Part shown: in pieces, positions 58,830-64,000 of the stretch | Position numbering within the stretch: position 1 is the first letter of the stretch | How the letters are laid out: each line of letters starts with the position of its first letter | Source: Candidatus Thorarchaeota archaeon | GTDB taxonomy: Archaea > Asgardarchaeota > Thorarchaeia > Thorarchaeales > Thorarchaeaceae | Assembly: GCA_046758445.1 (NCBI GenBank) | Contig: JBHIAE010000001.1 | Span: 32,001-96,000, forward strand | Length of the DNA stretch: 64,000 bases | Reading direction: 5' to 3' | Notes under the pieces: generated by a model | Databases searched by the model: none | Seen by the model: the letters and a program-made list of their open reading frames with translations, nothing else | Told to the model about the DNA's origin: nothing | Translations under genes and position numbers: made by a program

Positions 58830-60005
58830 TCACTTCTCGGAAAAACAGATGAGAGCGTCTTTGACCTTTTCGAAGTCCTCAAGATGCATGAACTCATCCA
58901 GTCCATGGTAGTTGTTGTCGTCACGCAGCGTGCCGTAACACGCTGTTGGTATGCCGACTCCAGTAAAGAAGTGGCCATCATTTCCACCCAAGTCTGCAGC
59001 AATTGGAATGTCAGGACTTACGGCCTCTTGGACTGCCGCGTGGAATGTCTTGATGAATCGGTCTTCTGGGTCTGAACTCCAGCCGTGTGCTTTGAGCTTG
59101 AACTCCACACTGGCCTCTACTCCTGTTTCTTCAGTTGCATTCTCAAGAAATCTCTCGATGTCCTTCTGTATATCCTCAGGTTTCTCCTCTGGAATCAATC
59201 GACAATCAAAGGTAATCTCCGCTTTTCCAGGTATGACATTGAATTTGCTGCCAGCTTCATACATTGTCATTGAGAATCTTCCCCATAGGTTCCTATGGGG
59301 CAATCCCGGGGGTGCAGGCAAGTTCGATTCAACTTTACGTCTAACATCGACGAAATCCAACATCACGGTGAGTAGGGGGATAGACAGATGAATCGGGTTG
59401 GGATAGGCAAAGGGATAGCCTGCGTGTCCCTGTTTCCCGTGGACTGTGATTGTTCCAGCAACTACGCCACTGGCGCCAATGCTTACATACTCAGGGCCCG
59501 AATCCACCACAATGCCAAAGTCGCCTCTGATTTTTGGTGGGCCGTTAATGAGGTAGTCGATACCCCAGACTCCTCCGATCTCCTCGTTGGGTGAAATCAG
59601 GAGCTTCCAGTTGACTTTCGAACTTCCTCGCTTGATCAATTCCTTTGCCGCGCTAACACATGCTACGATGTTACCTTTGTTGTCAGACACTCCACGGCCG
59701 TAGGCCTTACCGCCTGCAACTGACATCTTGAAGGGGGGCTTCTTCCAGCCTTCGACGTCGCCTGCAGGTACGACATCGTAATGAGTGCAGAGAAGGACTG
59801 TTTCCTTCGCACCTACGTCCATCGTCGCCACGATGTTCGGTTGGGGCTTATCGTCGCTCTTCGAGTCGAATACTTCAACGGTAAGACCGACCTCTTCACA
59901 GTACCTCTTGATGATATCAGCACATTCGGCGTAGTTCTTCTTCTCATCACTGTTTGTGTCAAGCTCTACTATCTCACGGAGGAAATCCTCTTCCCATTTG
60001 TCCAT
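58830..60005 (-). CDS. M20 metallopeptidase (ArgE/DapE family)
   Basis: HYDVVP, YGRG.SD.KG, EEIGG, GHA, H..DE. Confidence 0.92.
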   Translation of the reverse strand: MDKWEEDFLREIVELDTNSDEKKNYAECADIIKRYCEEVGLTVEVFDSKSDDKPQPNIVATMDVGAKETVLLCTHYDVVPAGDVEGWKKPPFKMSVAGGKAYGRGVSDNKGNIVACVSAAKELIKRGSSKVNWKLLISPNEEIGGVWGIDYLINGPPKIRGDFGIVVDSGPEYVSIGASGVVAGTITVHGKQGHAGYPFAYPNPIHLSIPLLTVMLDFVDVRRKVESNLPAPPGLPHRNLWGRFSMTMYEAGSKFNVIPGKAEITFDCRLIPEEKPEDIQKDIERFLENATEETGVEASVEFKLKAHGWSSDPEDRFIKTFHAAVQEAVSPDIPIAADLGGNDGHFFTGVGIPTACYGTLRDDNNYHGLDEFMHLEDFEKVKDALICFSEK

Positions 60006-60070
60006 GAGTCTTCTCTCCCGGTGGCAGTTGTAGGACATGTGTTCGCTATAGATTAGTATTATGCATTGTT

Positions 60071-60874
60071 TCATTTCTGACATGTCTGGCAGTAGTAAGT
60101 CTTGAAACGGTTGGCAGTCACCTTAGAAACGCGACCGCCGCACAGAGGACAGATGACCTTGCCCTTGCCGTGAATCATGAGAAAGTCCCTTCTCTCACTT
60201 CCAAGCTGGTGTATATCACGGTCTGACAGAATGTCGAGAACTCGAGAGAGAACATTCCGCATCGAGTGATAGAGACCTTCTACCTCCCCCGTGCTCAAAG
60301 AGCTACGCCGTCTGAATGGGAGAATGCCTGCGTACAGCAGAATCTCATCCGCATAGGCATTTCCGATGCCCTTGACGAATCTTTGGTTGCGCAGGACGTT
60401 CTTAATCTGGCCTCTATGCCGCCGAATCCTCTGTTTGAACACCTCAAGAGTGAGCTCTGGGTCCAATGCCGAAGGACCTCGATCGGAAAAGCCTGCAACG
60501 ACAGAATAGTCGCCTTTCGGTACAAGATAGACTCTTCCCATCCTCTTCTTGTCGTAGTACCACAATGAGTAGTTCTTTGTCTTCACTGAGAACATGTCAG
60601 ACTTGATTGGGGGTCTGGGACCTTCAACGAGTCGAAATCTTCCTGTCAGCATTGGGTTGATCACCAGATCATGATTGACAAGTTCCATTATGATGAATTT
60701 GCCGTCGGGCCTGAATGATTGAAACGATTCGCCAATTGATTCGGATTCGAAGTGGTCTACCGGCTGCCCATGAATCACGATGTGATCATAGACCTTTATT
60801 CTCTTGATGACCTCTCCTTTTAGCTGCTCAGTAAGTCTGCGTGCCAGTACTTCGATTTCTGGCAGTTCAGGCAT
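60071..60874 (-). CDS. Fpg/Nei family DNA glycosylase
   Basis: N-terminal PELPE, H2TH GIGNAYADEIL, C-terminal CPLC..CQTCQ finger. Confidence 0.93.
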   Translation of the reverse strand: MPELPEIEVLARRLTEQLKGEVIKRIKVYDHIVIHGQPVDHFESESIGESFQSFRPDGKFIIMELVNHDLVINPMLTGRFRLVEGPRPPIKSDMFSVKTKNYSLWYYDKKRMGRVYLVPKGDYSVVAGFSDRGPSALDPELTLEVFKQRIRRHRGQIKNVLRNQRFVKGIGNAYADEILLYAGILPFRRRSSLSTGEVEGLYHSMRNVLSRVLDILSDRDIHQLGSERRDFLMIHGKGKVICPLCGGRVSKVTANRFKTYYCQTCQK

Positions 60875-61017
60875 GATTGCGCACCACGTCTAACTTGGTC
60901 CTCTGTTTCTTCCGGATTTGGGGAGTATCTGATATAGGCATCGACAATCTATTCCTAGACGGTATTCGACCCTAGACGCCGGATAATGCTTATCAACGTC
61001 AGTGGTAATCTCGACGC

Positions 61018-61980
61018 ATGAAGAGAAGAATAGGGAAAAGAGAGGTCAGTGCTCTTGGGATGGGTTGTTGGGCAATTGGAGGGCCCTTTCAAACTCAAGA
61101 TGGACGGTTCTTCGGATATGGCAATGTGAAGGACGAGGAATCGATAGCTACAATTCACAAAGCAATAGAAATGGGAATCAGCTTCTTTGATACTGCGGAC
61201 GTATACGGAGCAGGGCATAGCGAAAGGATTCTTGGACAGGGCTTGAGGGAATTCCGTGATGATGTCTTTATCGCCACAAAGTTCGGAAGTATGTTCGAAG
61301 AATGGAATCGAATCATCCCGGACAAGCATACATCTTCTATAGATTACCTTCGTAGTGCGGTTCTGGATAGTTGCAGGAAACTCGGCACTGATTTCATCGA
61401 TCTCTACCAGTACCACTGGTGGGAATGTCCGATGGACGAAGCAGAAATCGTCCGAAACGCATTAGATGATCTTGTTTCAGAAGGCACAATTGGAGGATAT
61501 GGCTGGAGTACCGACAATGTTGAACGTGCTGCACTATTCGCAGAAGGCAAGCACTGCACCGCCATTCAGTATGTACTGAACCTGGTCACAGACAATCCAT
61601 CGATGAGGAAACTCTGTCATGAAAGGGGGCTTGCCAGTATCATTAGAGGCCCTTTGAGCTACGGGATTCTCACAGGGAAATACAGCGATTCCTACTCACT
61701 TCCAAAGAACCATTGGGTGAACGCATTGAACTGGAAGGAAGGGAGATTTGCTAAGGTGAGAAGACTAGTGGATGAGATTAGAGAAGTGCTGATTGAGGAT
61801 GGCAGAACATTGGTACAAGCCGCGCTTGGATATATCTGGGCGATTGAACCGACTGCTATACCGATACCGGGTGCCAAGAACATTGCACAGATCACTGAGA
61901 ATGCTCAGGCAATGGAATATGGGCCCCTCAACAAAGCTACCGTAAGTAGGGTAGACGAAATGGCTCGGGAACGACTATGA
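61018..61980 (+). CDS. Aldo/keto reductase
   Basis: LGMGCWAIGG, FDTADVYG.G.SE, IATKFG, PIPG. Confidence 0.95.
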   Translation: MKRRIGKREVSALGMGCWAIGGPFQTQDGRFFGYGNVKDEESIATIHKAIEMGISFFDTADVYGAGHSERILGQGLREFRDDVFIATKFGSMFEEWNRIIPDKHTSSIDYLRSAVLDSCRKLGTDFIDLYQYHWWECPMDEAEIVRNALDDLVSEGTIGGYGWSTDNVERAALFAEGKHCTAIQYVLNLVTDNPSMRKLCHERGLASIIRGPLSYGILTGKYSDSYSLPKNHWVNALNWKEGRFAKVRRLVDEIREVLIEDGRTLVQAALGYIWAIEPTAIPIPGAKNIAQITENAQAMEYGPLNKATVSRVDEMARERL

Positions 61981-62047
61981 GGTGAGCCCAAAGACAGAGG
62001 TGGTGTTTATTCTAGGTGAGTGCTACGTCACCTCTGGTTCGACTCAA

Positions 62048-63064
62048 CTAGAGGACGACCCTCGAATCTTCCAAGTTTGTACAGGATTTGAGAGGAGTGA
62101 GGTCTAAACTCTCAAGCGGGTTGAAAGATAACCATAGTTCGTAAAGGTTTCTGCAGGAGCTTAGAGGTGTGAGGTCAACGGACCGCAGGTTATTCTGACT
62201 TAGGCGAAGTGAACCTAGATTGCCAGAAGAGCTGAGGGGTGTGAGATCAATACTATCAAGCTGGTTTGTCCATAGTTCGAGCATCTCTAGCTTAGGGCAA
62301 TTGCTGAGAGGCCGCAAATCGATGGTTCTCAACTGATTTTGCCACAATTCGATTGACTTTAGGTTTGCTGCAGAACAGAGATTTATCGACTGTAGTTGGT
62401 TCCTTGACAGATCAATCCATTCTAAGCTAACACAGGAGCTAAGTAGGGTCAAGTCGATATTCTTGAGTAGGTTATGGAATAATCGAATCGACTTAAGGTC
62501 AGTACACGAGCTGAGAGGCGATAGGTCGATCTCCCGAAGTTGATTGTCATACAGGTCAAGTTCCTGTAGGCTGGAGCAGGAACTCAGGGGAGTAAGGTCG
62601 ATAGTTTCGAGCTGATTCATTCCCAACCCCAGGTCCTGTAGATTGGCGCATGAACTTAGAGGAGTGAGATCGATTCGCCGAAACTGGTTCTGACCCAGAA
62701 ATGACCTTTGCAGGTTAGGATGCGAACTCAAAGGTGAGAGGTCGATATCCTGAAGATGGTTCTGATTCAACCAGAGTTCCTGGAGACTAGGACAAGATTT
62801 CAGGGGAGTGAGATTGACGTCCTTAAGCTTGGTTCCACTTAGAATGAGTTTCACCAGATTTGGACATGAGATTAAGGGAGACAAATCAATGCTTGCAACT
62901 GTCCGACGGCGGAGATCTATCACTGTGATCTCAGACTCATAATCAAGAATGCGATTTTTCCCCATATCATCAGTGTAGTGAATCTGAACGGCATCGTCAA
63001 TCCAGTCATCATCGGCATCATATTGGTGTTCATCTTCTAAGTCATTGATGCGCTTTCTTCTCAC
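62048..63064 (-). CDS. Leucine-rich-repeat protein (~12 x 24-aa repeats)
   Basis: Consensus LxxLxLxxNxLxxIDLTPLSSCxN; one 21-aa unit. Confidence 0.92.
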   Translation of the reverse strand: MRRKRINDLEDEHQYDADDDWIDDAVQIHYTDDMGKNRILDYESEITVIDLRRRTVASIDLSPLISCPNLVKLILSGTKLKDVNLTPLKSCPSLQELWLNQNHLQDIDLSPLSSHPNLQRSFLGQNQFRRIDLTPLSSCANLQDLGLGMNQLETIDLTPLSSCSSLQELDLYDNQLREIDLSPLSSCTDLKSIRLFHNLLKNIDLTLLSSCVSLEWIDLSRNQLQSINLCSAANLKSIELWQNQLRTIDLRPLSNCPKLEMLELWTNQLDSIDLTPLSSSGNLGSLRLSQNNLRSVDLTPLSSCRNLYELWLSFNPLESLDLTPLKSCTNLEDSRVVL

Positions 63065-63456
63065 ATTGCATCACTTTCCGACGTGTCCTTGAAGATTAGT
63101 TGCTTCTCAATCGGATTTCTTAGCCTCATATAATCCCAATCCACTCCAAATGAATAGATAAGGCTCCCATGAAGAAGAGAAGTGAAAAGTGTTTCTTCAC
63201 TTATTCGAATTCAAGGGCTCGGCCAGAATGCAAGAGAGGGAGATACTCTATTTCTAGAGATAATTCTTGGCAGAGTAAGTATACTGGCACTGAAGAAACC
63301 GGAGGACTACCCCGATAACTGGTTATCGACAGTCTGCCAGAGATGTCATCCCGGAACTGACAAACAAGATGGCGATTTCAAGTATCCAAAGGCACCTCGC
63401 TCATGAAATTAACGTCAGGCATTAGTTTATTGATGAAGTTGAACACCTAAACCGAT

Positions 63457-64000
63457 ATGTCGGAACCGGTTGTTTACCACATCCAGAAGGGCCGTTTGGT
63501 GAGAATGCCTGACCCAGGCGCGTTTGGAAGGGGCGACTGCTATCTCGTAGATGCAGGTGCAAAGATCTACCTGTGGATAGGCCCCAGCTCGACAGCAGAT
63601 GAGAAGTTTCTAACCGCCGCGTCCGCAGTCTTTAGGGATACGGAGAGGAAAGGTCACGCAGACATAGATCGCATTGAAGGAGGCAATGAACCCGAAGAGT
63701 TCAAGGCCCTCTTTGACGACTTTCAATTGACTGACGAAGACACTGAAGGGATTCTCAGGAGAGTCCAGATGGAGAAACACGAGTACAAGCTCTGGCGGGT
63801 ACATCACGAGGGTGATGAAACCTTCTTCGCTGAAGTCCCGGTTTCGCGTGACTCCCTCAGGAGTGACGATGTATATCTGCTGGACACCTGGGAAGACATT
63901 TTCGTCTGGCGAGGCAGGGATGCCACAGCGCGAGAGAAGTTCGATGGAACCATGCTAGCCCGAAGGTATGATGCTGAGCGTGTTGGAGTGCAGGAGATAG
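63457..64000 (+). CDS. Gelsolin-domain protein (at least two domains), 3'-truncated by the window edge; not in ORF track
   Basis: GDCYLVDAG..IYLWIG..S..DEK..GNEPEEF; second domain KLWRV..SL.SDDVYLLDT..IFVWRG..A..REK. Confidence 0.92.
   Translation, partial: MSEPVVYHIQKGRLVRMPDPGAFGRGDCYLVDAGAKIYLWIGPSSTADEKFLTAASAVFRDTERKGHADIDRIEGGNEPEEFKALFDDFQLTDEDTEGILRRVQMEKHEYKLWRVHHEGDETFFAEVPVSRDSLRSDDVYLLDTWEDIFVWRGRDATAREKFDGTMLARRYDAERVGVQEI

Noticed and set aside
63610-63807. 65-aa minus-strand ORF
   Set aside because: Antisense shadow of the gelsolin gene
1-64000. CRISPR array, rRNA, transposase or integrase
   Set aside because: None seen; the only clear tandem periodicity is the 72-nt coding LRR unit. 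No direct repeat of the tRNA 3' end was noticed, though this was checked only by eye

Overview
Core-genome segment of an Asgard archaeon, most likely a Thorarchaeote. This is inferred from a two-domain gelsolin, a roadblock protein, an 'IDLTPLSSC'-type LRR protein and an archaeal-type translation apparatus. The window holds the rpl22-to-secY-adk-EMC3-rpl34e-cmk-rpl14e-cbf5 ribosomal supercluster, rps13-4-11, hdrA(mvhD)CB, two TFBs, a GET3-like ATPase, lipid enzymes and many tRNA/rRNA maturation genes. Several real features are missing from the ORF track: rpoP, rps14, a gelsolin running off the right edge, two small single-TM ORFs and the RNase P RNA. The main find is a tRNA-Ser(GGA) gene split by three introns (D-loop 20a/21, canonical 37/38, T-stem 51/52), each in relaxed bulge-helix-bulge geometry. 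The window also encodes a splicing endonuclease with a loop resembling the Crenarchaea-specific loop that confers broad specificity. Other candidates are a C/D-box sRNA, an unclassified ~150-nt structured RNA, a long hairpin leader before rpl22, a TFB-derived cyclin-fold protein and a CdvA-like zinc-ribbon protein. No CRISPR array, rRNA or recognisable mobile element was seen. All calls come from reading motifs and base-pairing by eye; no database searches were run.
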